This document shows positions 47,148 through 56,963 of a stretch of DNA of 64,000 nt, in pieces; position 1 is the first letter of the stretch; the number at the start of each line of letters is the position of its first letter. This stretch comes from a virus. The notes below the pieces were generated by a model. The model was not told where the DNA came from. It made no database searches and saw nothing but the letters and a program-made list of their open reading frames with translations. The stretch is from positions 1 through 64,000 of IMG/VR virus record IMGVR_UViG_3300044697_000029; one strand, 5' to 3'. Both the position numbers and the translations under genes were made by a program.

Positions 47148-47833
47148 CCGCACGATGGCTGAGTGACCCGGGTCGGCCCACTGAACTGGCGTGGTTCTTT
47201 GACGCGCCGTGGGAAGCGGCCAACCAGCGGCGCTGGCACAAGTACAATGTCCTTGCCACATCGTCGCCTATACGGATGATGTCAGGTGTGCTTGCGCTCA
47301 GCGCACCAGCAAAAGACGTGCTGCGGCAGGTAATCTACGGCAACCCCGTCGCTCAGAGCGTCGCGGGTCAGCCGCTGACCGAGATGATGGGCCTCGCGCC
47401 TATGTTTGCTAGCCGCGATCCGGGCGACGCCGCCAATGCGGTGAATGTCCTGGATGCTGGTGGCACGAGCAACCTATGTTCCGCGTGGTTGATCGGGTGG
47501 GGACCGCGCACGGTATTCATGGTCTCGCCAGATGGGGATCCACCTTCCCTCGAAGGCGAATGCGGCATTGCGGTTGCGGACTGGCGCTATGTGGTGCGAA
47601 TCGCGAACATCGACGCTGTTTCGCCGAACTTCAATGCGCTGGCAATGATGGCGATGGCGAGTATCCGTCTGCCGCGCCTGACCTGCGATGAGAACCTGCG
47701 GCCAATGTTCTATGTCACAAAGGACGTGGAAAATCGGCTGAAGGACGATGTGTCGAAGCACGTTGAGCGGTTCAGTGGCGTCCCTATCCGTGTGATTGAT
47801 GAACTGCGGAGCGACGAGGCGCGCATCGCTTGA
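47144..47833 (+). CDS. Major-capsid-protein paralog 2 (more extensively deleted)
   Basis: IYGN, AANAVNVLDAGG, SAWLIGWGPR, DWRYVVRIANID, RLP, FSGVPIR..DE. Confidence 0.85.
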   Translation: MTARWLSDPGRPTELAWFFDAPWEAANQRRWHKYNVLATSSPIRMMSGVLALSAPAKDVLRQVIYGNPVAQSVAGQPLTEMMGLAPMFASRDPGDAANAVNVLDAGGTSNLCSAWLIGWGPRTVFMVSPDGDPPSLEGECGIAVADWRYVVRIANIDAVSPNFNALAMMAMASIRLPRLTCDENLRPMFYVTKDVENRLKDDVSKHVERFSGVPIRVIDELRSDEARIA

Positions 47834-48189
47834 GTGACTATCCCTACGCCTCCCGCGTCGCGGCTGCTGATGCCGCTATCGAAGACGTCCTCGATCCAGG
47901 TGCGGCTGCCGCTCGCGAGGAACAGAACCGCGAACACGAACGCGCCAGACAGCAACGCCGAGCGTTCCTGATGCAGACCATGCAGCATCCCGAAGGCCGG
48001 AAGTGGCTCAAGGAGATGCTGGACCGGTTCCACACGTTCGAGGCCCGCATGGCATCGGTGAACGGCATGGCGCCCGATCCGATGGGCACAATGCTTCTGG
48101 CCGGCGAGCAACGCTGCGGCTGGTGGATTTGGGAGCAGTTGGACGACGCCGATCCAGTCGTGGCTTCGAGACTGCGGAGGAATGCGTGA
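47830..48189 (+). CDS. Bbp19-like head protein
   Basis: MQHPEGRKWLKEML...AGEQRCG; position between portal and scaffold. Confidence 0.75.
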   Translation: MSDYPYASRVAAADAAIEDVLDPGAAAAREEQNREHERARQQRRAFLMQTMQHPEGRKWLKEMLDRFHTFEARMASVNGMAPDPMGTMLLAGEQRCGWWIWEQLDDADPVVASRLRRNA

Positions 48190-48625
48190 GAACGATCATC
48201 AAGGTGGACGAAGGCTGCCTCAACGGGCTGCTGACGACGCGGTTCATCGTGTTGGATCACGACTGCTGGTCGTTCGGCGAGCGTGTCAGTCAGGTCGATG
48301 CGGCGCTCGCCTCCATTCGGGACAGCGAAGACGCGGAGTGCCTGCGGGTGTTCGGCCAGGAGTTCTGCCCTGCTGTCGTGCCAGATGAATGTGAGACTCT
48401 GGTCGCGGCGAAGATCAGATAGGGCGCGCGGTCCCCGGCAACTCCATCGTAGGGAACGGCACTCCGGCTGGAGTGCAGAAATACCATCCTGCCGCTTCAA
48501 CCGAGTAGCGGAACGCCGCATCCTCGGATTCCCGTTCGCGCCGATCCGCTTCGACCATCGCTTGACCGGTGTAGGTGCGCTCGCTCATGATTTGCTCTCC
48601 CTGCGGCACTAGGGAAGTTCAAGCG

Positions 48626-49036
48626 TCATGCCACGCTCCGCGTTTGACGCGATGCGGGTCGGTAGGTCGTCATCTGTAACCGGCGTCGCTCATGATCGCC
48701 CCCTTCCCTCAGCGGCAACGCGGACCGTTCAGCGGGCGCTACGCCATCCATGATGTTGCGCGGCAGCACAGTCCGCACCGACACGACCGCTCCGTTGCTG
48801 TTTCGGTCGTCTAACGAGATGTGCGGTGCGTAAACCGCCAGCGGGGCGGTCTGACGTTCTGTCGCGACTGCGTTCCGCGGCACGAATTGCATCTCATGGA
48901 ATGCCCCATCGTCACCACGCTCGAAGACGCCTTCGCTTGTGGCGACGAACAGCCGGTCCTTGAACACGACCATTGAGATGATCGGCACTTTGCTCGTCGC
49001 GACCAGTTCCATGTTGCGGGGCGGCTCTGCGTCCAT
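48626..49036 (-). CDS. Hypothetical protein on the opposite strand (moron-like)
   Basis: IISMVVFKDRLFVATSEGVF beta-blade-like segment; AAGGTG RBS. Confidence 0.5.
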   Translation of the reverse strand: MDAEPPRNMELVATSKVPIISMVVFKDRLFVATSEGVFERGDDGAFHEMQFVPRNAVATERQTAPLAVYAPHISLDDRNSNGAVVSVRTVLPRNIMDGVAPAERSALPLREGGDHERRRLQMTTYRPASRQTRSVA

Positions 49037-49055
49037 GTCCACACCTTGAGGTTTC

Positions 49056-49886
49056 ATGTCCGACAGTTCTACCGCAGCAGAAACGCCCGCGCCAGCGTCG
49101 GAACCGGCTCCCGCAGCCGCTGCACCGGCGCCCGAGCCTGTCGCTGCGCCGGCCACCGAGGTAACGCCCGCAGCCACCCCAGAGCCGGTCGCCGAACCGG
49201 CAGCCCCATCCCCCGAGCCGGAGCCGGCCGCAGCCGCAGGAGAGCCTGCGCCCGCCACGGTCCAGGATCCGGCCGCAGCCGAACTGGAGAAGGCGCCGGA
49301 GGCTGCCGAACCGGTCGCAGAGCCGCCGAAGCCGGAACCGCCGACCTACACCGATTTCAAGTTCCCGGACGGTGTGAAGGTCGCCCCCGAAGCTATGACC
49401 GCCGCAACCAAGGTGTTCGGCGAGTTCGGCCTAACCCAGGAGCAGGCGCAAAGGCTGATCGACATTCATGCCGAACAGCAGCAAGCGGCGGTTAAGCAGT
49501 TCACCACTGCGGCCACGGACTACTGGAACGCCGAGTCCAGGAAATGGGTTGCCGAGGTCGAGAAGACATTCGGCAACCAGCTCAACACCAACATAGAGCG
49601 TGCCCGCGCGGTTTGGTCCGACGTGCTGCCCAAGCAAGCCGATCGTGACCGTCTGTTCGGCGCGCTGAACGACACCAAGATCGGCGACCACCCCATGCTG
49701 GCCCGCGCGCTGGCGGAGGTCGGCCGCCGCTTCGAGCAAATCTACCAGTTGACCGGAACCAATAGCTGGGATGCCGCGATGAGACGGCTGCGTGAACCGG
49801 CCGCGCCGCCACCTGCCCAACCTGCCCGTGCGCCTGGTGCCGCCGGGCGACCTGCCGACCGCCGTTACAGCGGCACCCGAGCATAG
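49056..49886 (+). CDS. Capsid scaffolding protein
   Basis: Pro/Ala/Glu N-terminus, YTDFKFPDG, GLTQEQAQRL, IGDHP; directly before the capsid gene. Confidence 0.85.
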   Translation: MSDSSTAAETPAPASEPAPAAAAPAPEPVAAPATEVTPAATPEPVAEPAAPSPEPEPAAAAGEPAPATVQDPAAAELEKAPEAAEPVAEPPKPEPPTYTDFKFPDGVKVAPEAMTAATKVFGEFGLTQEQAQRLIDIHAEQQQAAVKQFTTAATDYWNAESRKWVAEVEKTFGNQLNTNIERARAVWSDVLPKQADRDRLFGALNDTKIGDHPMLARALAEVGRRFEQIYQLTGTNSWDAAMRRLREPAAPPPAQPARAPGAAGRPADRRYSGTRA

Positions 49887-49902
49887 AGAAGGAGCTTGAA
49901 CG

Positions 49903-50958
49903 ATGGCCACCGGCCAATACCTGACGCTTGTCGATCTCGCGCGGCGCACCGACCCTGACGGTGAGGCGGCGGACATTGCCGAACTGCTTTCCCAGGCCAA
50001 CGAGATTTACGATGATCTCGTCTGGAAAGAAGGCAACACCAACACCGGGCACGTCTATACGATGCGGACCTCCATCCCGAAGGGCTGGTGGCGCTTCATC
50101 GGCCAGGGTGTGCCGGGCAGCAAGTCCACCACGGCGCAGGGTCGCACCAACTGCGGCGACCTGGAAATGAACTCGACCATTGATCTCAAGCTGGTCGAAA
50201 TGGCGCCGGATCAAAACCAGTTCCGCTACGATGAAGACAACGCCATCCTGGAAGGCGCCAGCCAGACTGTGGCTGGCCAGTTCTTCTATGGTAACGGCCA
50301 GACCAACCCAGCATCGTTCACCGGCCTCTCGAACTACTACAACACGCTGGAAACCTCGACGGCCGCGAACGCAGTCAACGTGTTCGACGGCGGCGGACGG
50401 TCCACTAACAATTCGTCGATCTGGCTGATTGGTTGGTCGCCGCGCTCGATCTATGGCGTCTTCCCGCGCGGCATGAAAGCCGGCGTTGAGCTGCAGCCGC
50501 TCGATGAAGTTGTGCTGGCCTACGACAGCCTGGGCAATCCGTACCGCGCCAAGATCACATGGTTCCGGCAGATGGCTGGGCTGTGCGTCGAAGACTGGCG
50601 CTGGGGCGTCCGCATCGCCAACCTGGACGTGACCAACGCAGCGGCTGGCGGTCTGGCTGGCCCGAATGCGTATGACATCTTCGTCGGGCTGTCCAAGGCG
50701 GTGAAGCGCTTGCCGAAGATGGCGCGCGGGCAAAGCGGCATCACCGAGACCGACGCTCGCAATGAGCGCGGGATGACGGTACGGCCGGCCATCTACTTCA
50801 ACCGCACTGTCGGCGGCTTTGCTGATGTGCAAGCGATACGTGACCGCAACGTGTTGCTCGGCCCGAGGGACTACGCTGGCGAGCCGGTCACGTCGTTCCG
50901 CGGCATTCCGATGCGCACGCAAGACCAGATTCTGTCCACCGAAACGCAGGTCACCTGA
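49903..50958 (+). CDS. Major capsid protein (BPP-1-like HK97 fold)
   Basis: AAGGAG RBS; TL.DLA...IAELLSQ.NEI..D...EGN..TGH, DWRW.VRIANLD, FRGIP; strong codon bias. Confidence 0.95.
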   Translation: MATGQYLTLVDLARRTDPDGEAADIAELLSQANEIYDDLVWKEGNTNTGHVYTMRTSIPKGWWRFIGQGVPGSKSTTAQGRTNCGDLEMNSTIDLKLVEMAPDQNQFRYDEDNAILEGASQTVAGQFFYGNGQTNPASFTGLSNYYNTLETSTAANAVNVFDGGGRSTNNSSIWLIGWSPRSIYGVFPRGMKAGVELQPLDEVVLAYDSLGNPYRAKITWFRQMAGLCVEDWRWGVRIANLDVTNAAAGGLAGPNAYDIFVGLSKAVKRLPKMARGQSGITETDARNERGMTVRPAIYFNRTVGGFADVQAIRDRNVLLGPRDYAGEPVTSFRGIPMRTQDQILSTETQVT

Positions 50959-51097
50959 TTCCGACAACGACTGCTCGGCTCATCCCGTCCACGAAAAGAA
51001 GGTGTGGCCGAAGTCCCGTTGGATCGAGCCCCTAACCCCTGCGCCCATAACAACCGGGTGCATATCGCTTTTCTTCCCGACCTGAAAGGGTAATGCC

Positions 51098-51631
51098 GTG
51101 GCGATCAATGACGCACAGCTCATCTTTGACAGCAACGTCTCCCTCGCCATCGCGGCGCCGGGGCAGCCGTCCTCGGAGACCATCGACCTGATGGGAGTCG
51201 GGGTCGGGCAGGCGCCCCCGAACTACTTTGGCGTGCAGGATGCGGTGTTCGGGGAAGACCCCGGCATCGGCGACGGGGCAAGCCCGCCGGTTCTGCAAGT
51301 CATCGTCGGCACGGCGTTCGTTGCCGTGGCAGGCGCCACGCTCCGGGTGCAGTTCCAGGAATCGGTGGACAGCGGCGCCCCTGGGTACACGCCTGCCGCC
51401 TGGAAGACCGTGCTGCAGACCGATGATCTGCCGGCGTCGGTTCTGACGGCGGGCGCCAAGATCGCCGAGATGGCCATCCCGCCGCGGTATCCCGGCGCTG
51501 CGTTCCCCCGCTATCTGCGGCTGAACTACCTTTTGAATGTCGGTGGTTCGAGCTTCAGCGCGGGCACGATCGCGATCGCGAACATCGTCACGGGCCGCGA
51601 CGACACCCCTGCGTATCCCGCCGGTTACTGA
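51098..51631 (+). CDS. Bbp16-like capsid cement protein
   Basis: DAQLIF, SETIDL, RYLRLNY, GTI; follows the capsid gene. Confidence 0.85.
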   Translation: MAINDAQLIFDSNVSLAIAAPGQPSSETIDLMGVGVGQAPPNYFGVQDAVFGEDPGIGDGASPPVLQVIVGTAFVAVAGATLRVQFQESVDSGAPGYTPAAWKTVLQTDDLPASVLTAGAKIAEMAIPPRYPGAAFPRYLRLNYLLNVGGSSFSAGTIAIANIVTGRDDTPAYPAGY

Positions 51632-51777
51632 TCCCGCTTACGGGTGGGAGACACCTGAGAGCCGCACGCAGGCGGCTTCGAGTCCGGGCCTCGCTATCCG
51701 TCGCTGCCCGTAGGGCTTGGAGGCGGCGGTGTGCGGAAACCCAGTCTCCCGGCAACCGTACGCGGGAAAGGCCCGGA
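51632..51777 (+). ncRNA. Unidentified highly structured intergenic RNA candidate
   Basis: Nested stems plus a 9-bp crossing pairing (51683-51691 with 51769-51777). Confidence 0.5.
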
Positions 51778-51804
51778 ACTGCGCAATATCACAAGGATAA
51801 CGTA

Positions 51805-52776
51805 ATGGCACGTAACCCACGCCTCACGCTGAGCGGTCCGGCCGGCAGCGAGCAGGACAATGATGGTTGGACTCCGAGCGACGAAGAGCTTGGCGTCGGC
51901 GAAGAGACCGAAGCAGAGCGTAAGGCGGAAGAGGCTGCGCGCATCACAGCGGCTATGGCTGATCCAGTCATCGCCACGGCCATTGATCAGTTGGTGCAAC
52001 AACGCGTCACCGAACTCGCAGCCTCACCCCAGACGGCGCCGACCGGCGTTGATTTCATCGCTGCCATACGCGTGCTGGCGCAGGAAATGGCCACTGCCAT
52101 CAATCGCAGTACCGCGGCGACGGTGGAGCAAATCCCCGGCCACGTGAAGCCGATCCCGGCCGAAGAGGTCGAGAAGCGCGCGGCGGCGTGGGTCGAATTG
52201 CAGAGCCAGTTGATCGAGGTGTCACGACGCTACGCGGCGGCGATCGAGCGGAAAAACCAATACGAGGCCGAGCGGGAAACCCCGATCTACTGGCTGGGCG
52301 AGGATTTCTATGGTCCGGGTGAAGTCGGCAACGAGGTGTATGTGCGGGGCGAAACCATTCGCTGGTTTGGCGTTCCTGGCATCTACATGGAGCCGCGCAA
52401 CGATATCGCCAACCGGCTTTGCGAGTTGGCCTGGACCTATCTCGGCAACGAAGGCGCCCCGACGCCAGAGCAACTGGCGGACAAGGCACAACAGATGATG
52501 AAGCCGAGCGCACCAGGCTCGCCGCTGCCGGAACTGGCGTCGCTCTTGTCTGCGCGCGGCCAGCGGCGCCCGATGGCGTCCCGTGTTTCGGAGATGGGCA
52601 TCGCCGAACGCCAACCGGATGGGATTGTGGGTACGGTGGTGAAGGTGACCCGTGGCGGCTTCGGCCACGGCATCGTCACGGACGGTCCAGGGCTGGCGCA
52701 GCACAGCATCGGGCCACGTACAGGACCGCATCCGGTTCGCGGGGCGGCGCTTGCTGACGCTGGCGCGGCGCTCTGA
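51805..52776 (+). CDS. Hypothetical virion-module protein
   Basis: AAGGA RBS; long ORF in the late operon. Confidence 0.75.
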   Translation: MARNPRLTLSGPAGSEQDNDGWTPSDEELGVGEETEAERKAEEAARITAAMADPVIATAIDQLVQQRVTELAASPQTAPTGVDFIAAIRVLAQEMATAINRSTAATVEQIPGHVKPIPAEEVEKRAAAWVELQSQLIEVSRRYAAAIERKNQYEAERETPIYWLGEDFYGPGEVGNEVYVRGETIRWFGVPGIYMEPRNDIANRLCELAWTYLGNEGAPTPEQLADKAQQMMKPSAPGSPLPELASLLSARGQRRPMASRVSEMGIAERQPDGIVGTVVKVTRGGFGHGIVTDGPGLAQHSIGPRTGPHPVRGAALADAGAAL

Positions 52777-52779
52777 CGC

Positions 52780-53214
52780 ATGGGCGTTCCAGTCGCCAAC
52801 ATCCAGACGCCGGCCGCGAACGATCTCGCAAACGCCGTTGTCCAATCAGGGCTGAATGGCGCCAATCCAGCGTTTGCTGGAACAGGTGTATCCTCAGTCT
52901 TCTCCGCGTGGGGATCATTCAACGCCCTGCTGTGGGCGAGCGGCGGCCCGAACGGCAACTGGAACGCGACGATCCAGCTTGAACGGTCGTTTGACGGCGG
53001 CACGACGTGGCTGGTGTGTGGCGTCGGAGGAGCTGGCCAGCAGGCGATCTACCAAAGTTCCGGCACCGGCCAGGACATCTCGTTCGTCGTGAGTGAGCCG
53101 GAATCCGGCGTTTTGTATCGCTGGCATTGCACCGCCTACTCGTCCGGCACGATCAACTATCGCTTCTCAACCACTAGCCCGGCGCCGTTGGCGTGGGGCA
53201 TCGCTCCCCGATGA
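52780..53214 (+). CDS. Putative capsid decoration / spike-base protein
   Basis: Beta-rich; ATIQLERSFDGGTTW. Confidence 0.65.
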   Translation: MGVPVANIQTPAANDLANAVVQSGLNGANPAFAGTGVSSVFSAWGSFNALLWASGGPNGNWNATIQLERSFDGGTTWLVCGVGGAGQQAIYQSSGTGQDISFVVSEPESGVLYRWHCTAYSSGTINYRFSTTSPAPLAWGIAPR

Positions 53215-53224
53215 GGCACAGCAC

Positions 53225-54652
53225 ATGAAGTTCCGCACCAAACTGCTCGGCGCTATTGGGCTGCTCGCTGTCATTGGCGTTGCCGGCGCGCACAGCCAAG
53301 GACTCCAGTACTACACCACTCTAAGCGGCAGCGAAGGCATCGCCGATCAGCTCAATCCGACCGGCGCCAGCTTCACCTCGGGTCTGGTGCATGCAACGTC
53401 GCAGGGCGTCAACGCTCAGACGGGGACCAGCTACACGGTCCTCGGCACGACTGGCATTCCCCAATCTGGGGCCGCGCCGACCGGCGACATGGGCAAACTG
53501 GTCACGTTCAGCAACACAGGCGCAGTGGCGGTCTCGCTGCCACAGGCTGGTACGGCTGGATTTGAGGCGGGGAAATGGCTTGACGCTGAGAATCTGAACA
53601 GCGGCGCCGTCACGATCACGCCGACGACTTCGACCATCAACGGCGCTTCCACGCTGGTTCTCGATCAGAACAGGGGCGTCCGCATCTATTCGGACGGCAC
53701 GAACTGGCAGATCATGGCTGGTGGTGGCGGGCTGCTCGGCACGCCGCTCACGGTGCCTGAAGGAGGTACCGGCGCGGCGACGTTCACCGCACATGGTGTC
53801 CTGATCGGAGAAGGCGCTACCCCGATTGTGGCAGCGAGCGTTGGCGCAACTGGCACCATACTGGCCGGCACGTCGGGCGCCGATCCGGCATTCACGGCGA
53901 CCCCATCCGGCCTGACCTCGATCGAAGCGACCACGCTCAATGCCGGCCTCGCCACCGGCACTGCCGGCACAGTCGCGGTGTTTCCCGGCACGACGACGAC
54001 CGGTAAGACGACTTTCACTGCGACGGCCAACAGCGGCAACACAACCACCAACATCAACACCGCCGCCCAGGCTGGCGCGCGCACCTACACCGTGCCGGAT
54101 CAGGGCGGCAACGCCACCTTCCAGATGACGGGCGGCACCGTCAGTTCAACGACCGGCATGACGGTGACTCCGCTGCCGCTGGTCAACATGAAGACCGTCG
54201 CCGGCCTTCAGATGACCGGCTCGGCGTCAAGCACGAACTGGGGCCTCGTCTATACTCCCGCCACCGGGAACTACCTGACCGGCACAGCGACCTCATCCGG
54301 CTCGACCTCCAACGTTGCTTCCTACGACATCGTGTTGCCGGCGAACTATATCGCCGGAACCAACATAACGCTGAAGGTTGCCTGCTATTACACGAACTCG
54401 TCCTCGACGGCCTCGGTCCATACAATGGCTGCGGCGGCCTATCTCAACGATCCGGTTCTCGGCACGCAGGGATCGACGCTCATCGCTACATCGGCACAGA
54501 CCTGTCCGATCACGACCGCAACCGCGCAGACCTTCACGATCACTGGCACGTCGCTGGTCCCGGGATCCTACCTGACGCTCACCTTCTCGGCCGCGGTGAC
54601 GAACGGCGGCGGCGCATCAACCGAGTTCCTGACTGCGGCGAACATCAACTGA
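53225..54652 (+). CDS. Thr/Gly-rich fibre-like protein with Sec signal peptide
   Basis: MKFRTKLLGAIGLLAVIGVAGAHS-Q; NAQTGTSYT...SDGTNW; LTVPEGGTG. Confidence 0.8.
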   Translation: MKFRTKLLGAIGLLAVIGVAGAHSQGLQYYTTLSGSEGIADQLNPTGASFTSGLVHATSQGVNAQTGTSYTVLGTTGIPQSGAAPTGDMGKLVTFSNTGAVAVSLPQAGTAGFEAGKWLDAENLNSGAVTITPTTSTINGASTLVLDQNRGVRIYSDGTNWQIMAGGGGLLGTPLTVPEGGTGAATFTAHGVLIGEGATPIVAASVGATGTILAGTSGADPAFTATPSGLTSIEATTLNAGLATGTAGTVAVFPGTTTTGKTTFTATANSGNTTTNINTAAQAGARTYTVPDQGGNATFQMTGGTVSSTTGMTVTPLPLVNMKTVAGLQMTGSASSTNWGLVYTPATGNYLTGTATSSGSTSNVASYDIVLPANYIAGTNITLKVACYYTNSSSTASVHTMAAAAYLNDPVLGTQGSTLIATSAQTCPITTATAQTFTITGTSLVPGSYLTLTFSAAVTNGGGASTEFLTAANIN

Positions 54653-54675
54653 GCCATCACGGAGAACCCCATCCC

Positions 54676-55953
54676 ATGAAGAACCTCTCGCTCGGCGCGG
54701 CTTGGCTGATCCTGGCCGGGGGCGTTGCCTTCGGGCAACTCCCGACGCCTTCTCAGGTGCAGAATATCGGGCCGGCTGACCTGTTCCAGGACATTCCGAA
54801 CGGCGTCCCGCAGCCGGCCAGCCAGTACGCCAACGCGCTTCTGCTCGGCAACTACGCCGCGACGCAGCCGGGCAACAATGATGAGAACGACGTGGTCGGT
54901 GGCGACTTCGGACAGAACTTGTTCCAGGACGGAACGTCAGTCGGCACGATCACGACGACGGCCACCTATGTGGCTGATCAGTTTTTCGCATTCTCCGGCA
55001 CCAGCACGACGATCGGCGGCGCGCAGGAAACCGGCGCAGCCGATATCCCACCCGGCTATACAGCATCCCTGCGGATCACTCGTACCGGCTCCGGTGTCAT
55101 TCAGGCCTGTGTCGGCACGATCATTCCGTCGGCCAACGTTACCCGCTACCAAGGTCAGACGCTGGAGGTGGACGCCCACGCCCTCGCTGGCGCCGGGTTT
55201 TCCGCGGCATCGTCCAATCTGACGTTTGTCCAGGTGCAGGGCACTGGCACAAACGACAGCGCGGCGAACTTCGCCAAGACGGTCAACGGCGCGCTCAGCG
55301 GCACAGCGTGGGCCGGCGCGGTGGTCAATTCTGTCAACGTGCCGATCAGCACAAGCTTTGGCCGCTACAGCGTTGCCTTCCCGGTGGCGTCAACCACAAC
55401 CGAGATGGGCGCGGCCTGGTGTTGGACGCCGGTCGGCGCTTCCCCGAGCAACGATTATTTCGAGTTCACTGGCGCGCAGATGACGCCGAACTCGGCCTTG
55501 GCCACGGTCGCAGGCACAACGGGTGGTGCACTCTCACCCAATGACCGCCGCGCAAAATCCTTTTTGCGGCGTCCGATCGCGGTAGAAACCGCGCTGGAGT
55601 TGTCATTTTACTGGCGTCAGAACGAGCCTGCATCCGGCGCTGGTGTTGCAGGCGTTTACGGCACCTGCCAAGGCACCTCGACCAACACGGTGGCGAATTG
55701 CTTCATGCAGTTCCCTGTGGCCATGTTCAAAGTGCCGACGCTTTCCTACACCGCCGGCACAATCGCGATGACCGCGACCTCGACTGCGGCAGCGGAAGCA
55801 GTGAGCGGCCTTGTCATCCCGACCAACGGCGCGACGCTTTATGGTGCAAGCCTCACTGCCACATCGTCATCGGTCGCAGAAGGCGGGTTTGGATACCTGG
55901 AGTCGGGCAACTCGACCGGCGGCGGCAAGATCGCGTTCTCGGCGCGGTTCTGA
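54676..55953 (+). CDS. Fibre/carbohydrate-binding-like protein with Sec signal peptide
   Basis: GGAG RBS; MKNLSLGAAWLILAGGVAFG-Q; GGDF.QN, YVADQF, FPVAMFKVPT. Confidence 0.8.
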   Translation: MKNLSLGAAWLILAGGVAFGQLPTPSQVQNIGPADLFQDIPNGVPQPASQYANALLLGNYAATQPGNNDENDVVGGDFGQNLFQDGTSVGTITTTATYVADQFFAFSGTSTTIGGAQETGAADIPPGYTASLRITRTGSGVIQACVGTIIPSANVTRYQGQTLEVDAHALAGAGFSAASSNLTFVQVQGTGTNDSAANFAKTVNGALSGTAWAGAVVNSVNVPISTSFGRYSVAFPVASTTTEMGAAWCWTPVGASPSNDYFEFTGAQMTPNSALATVAGTTGGALSPNDRRAKSFLRRPIAVETALELSFYWRQNEPASGAGVAGVYGTCQGTSTNTVANCFMQFPVAMFKVPTLSYTAGTIAMTATSTAAAEAVSGLVIPTNGATLYGASLTATSSSVAEGGFGYLESGNSTGGGKIAFSARF

Positions 55954-56102
55954 TGGACCACGTTCCGGTCGGCGCTCTCCCCGAGGCAAGGAGCGCCGAC
56001 ACACCACCCGTCATGGCGGCCGACGACGTGAAGACGATCAAGCGCCGGATGGACGAAATCCGCGCTGAGGAAGAGGCGTGGCGCGCAAAGCCCGCAAGCT
56101 GA
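55953..56102 (+). CDS. Small hypothetical protein
   Basis: TGATG coupling. Confidence 0.45.
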   Translation: MDHVPVGALPEARSADTPPVMAADDVKTIKRRMDEIRAEEEAWRAKPAS

Positions 56103-56301
56103 CGGCCGCACGGCGCCCGACGTTCTGCGGAACGTGGGAGTGCGAGTGCGCGGTATGCGTCGAACACCAGCAGTTGCGCGTGACCGCGCAATTCAATCCG
56201 GCGATGCCTCTGCGCCTGAGCGCGATGACGTTTCTCGGCGCGATGGACCGCATCCACGAAGGAGCCTACGGCGGCGTTGCGATCGAGCAGTTGTTCGACT
56301 G

Positions 56302-56649
56302 ATGCGCCCCATTCCCACTTCGGTGCGCGTTGGCTACCGGACGTACACGATCGAGGATTGGCCGACCAAGCACGCCACTTCGGCCAACCGCTACGGCGAG
56401 GTTGCACACGGACCACGGGTCATTCGTGTCGATACAACACACGGCGCCTTGCAGGCCGCAGAAACTCTTCTGCATGAAATCATGCACTGCATCTGCGTTA
56501 TGTGGTGTCGTGACGATGATGCGGCCGAGGAGAAAACGGTAAGCATCATGTCAACTGGGCTGGCCACTGTGTGGCATGATAACCCAGACGTGATGGCATG
56601 GATCACTGAGGGCATTGCGGAGGGTCGCGCAAATGCCTGCATTTCTTGA
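56302..56649 (+). CDS. Phage HEXXH metallopeptidase-like protein
   Basis: ETLLHEIMH...EE.TV..M.TGL..V..DNP. Confidence 0.75.
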   Translation: MRPIPTSVRVGYRTYTIEDWPTKHATSANRYGEVAHGPRVIRVDTTHGALQAAETLLHEIMHCICVMWCRDDDAAEEKTVSIMSTGLATVWHDNPDVMAWITEGIAEGRANACIS

Positions 56650-56845
56650 AAATAAACTGGAGCGTGAGGCTGCGGCGAAGGGTCTCAAGGGCAAAGCGGC
56701 GGCGCGGTACACGTTCGGCACGCTCAATAACATTGGCGCAATGAAGGGGTCTGCCGAGACCGCCAAGGGCGCCGAGATGCAGCGCAAGCACGATGAGAAA
56801 GTCGAGAGTGCCGCAGACCGCCGGTATCGTCGGCGGAAGACATGA
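56633..56845 (+). CDS. Small basic protein with C-terminal SAADRRY
   Basis: GGAGG RBS; Lys/Arg-rich. Confidence 0.75.
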   Translation: MPAFLENKLEREAAAKGLKGKAAARYTFGTLNNIGAMKGSAETAKGAEMQRKHDEKVESAADRRYRRRKT

Positions 56846-56963
56846 TGGCGCTCCGGGTCTGCCCTTAATGTGGAGTTCCCACTTGGGATAACCGGCCCGC
56901 CGCCGCAGCAGAGAGAATACGATGCCATCCCTGACAATTCAAGACGCAGCACGGAGGCCAACG

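Noticed and set aside
49070-49345. Repeat-like GCC/CCG tract
   Set aside because: Explained by the Pro/Ala/Glu low-complexity scaffold N-terminus
51646-51750. Hammerhead ribozyme or tRNA identity for the structured RNA
   Set aside because: CUGAGAG does not fit CUGANGA with a proper stem II, and there is no cloverleaf; kept only as an unidentified RNA
52220-52240. VSRRYA in the 51805 protein as a sixth tag copy
   Set aside because: Internal position and lacks the A[DQ] residues; likely chance
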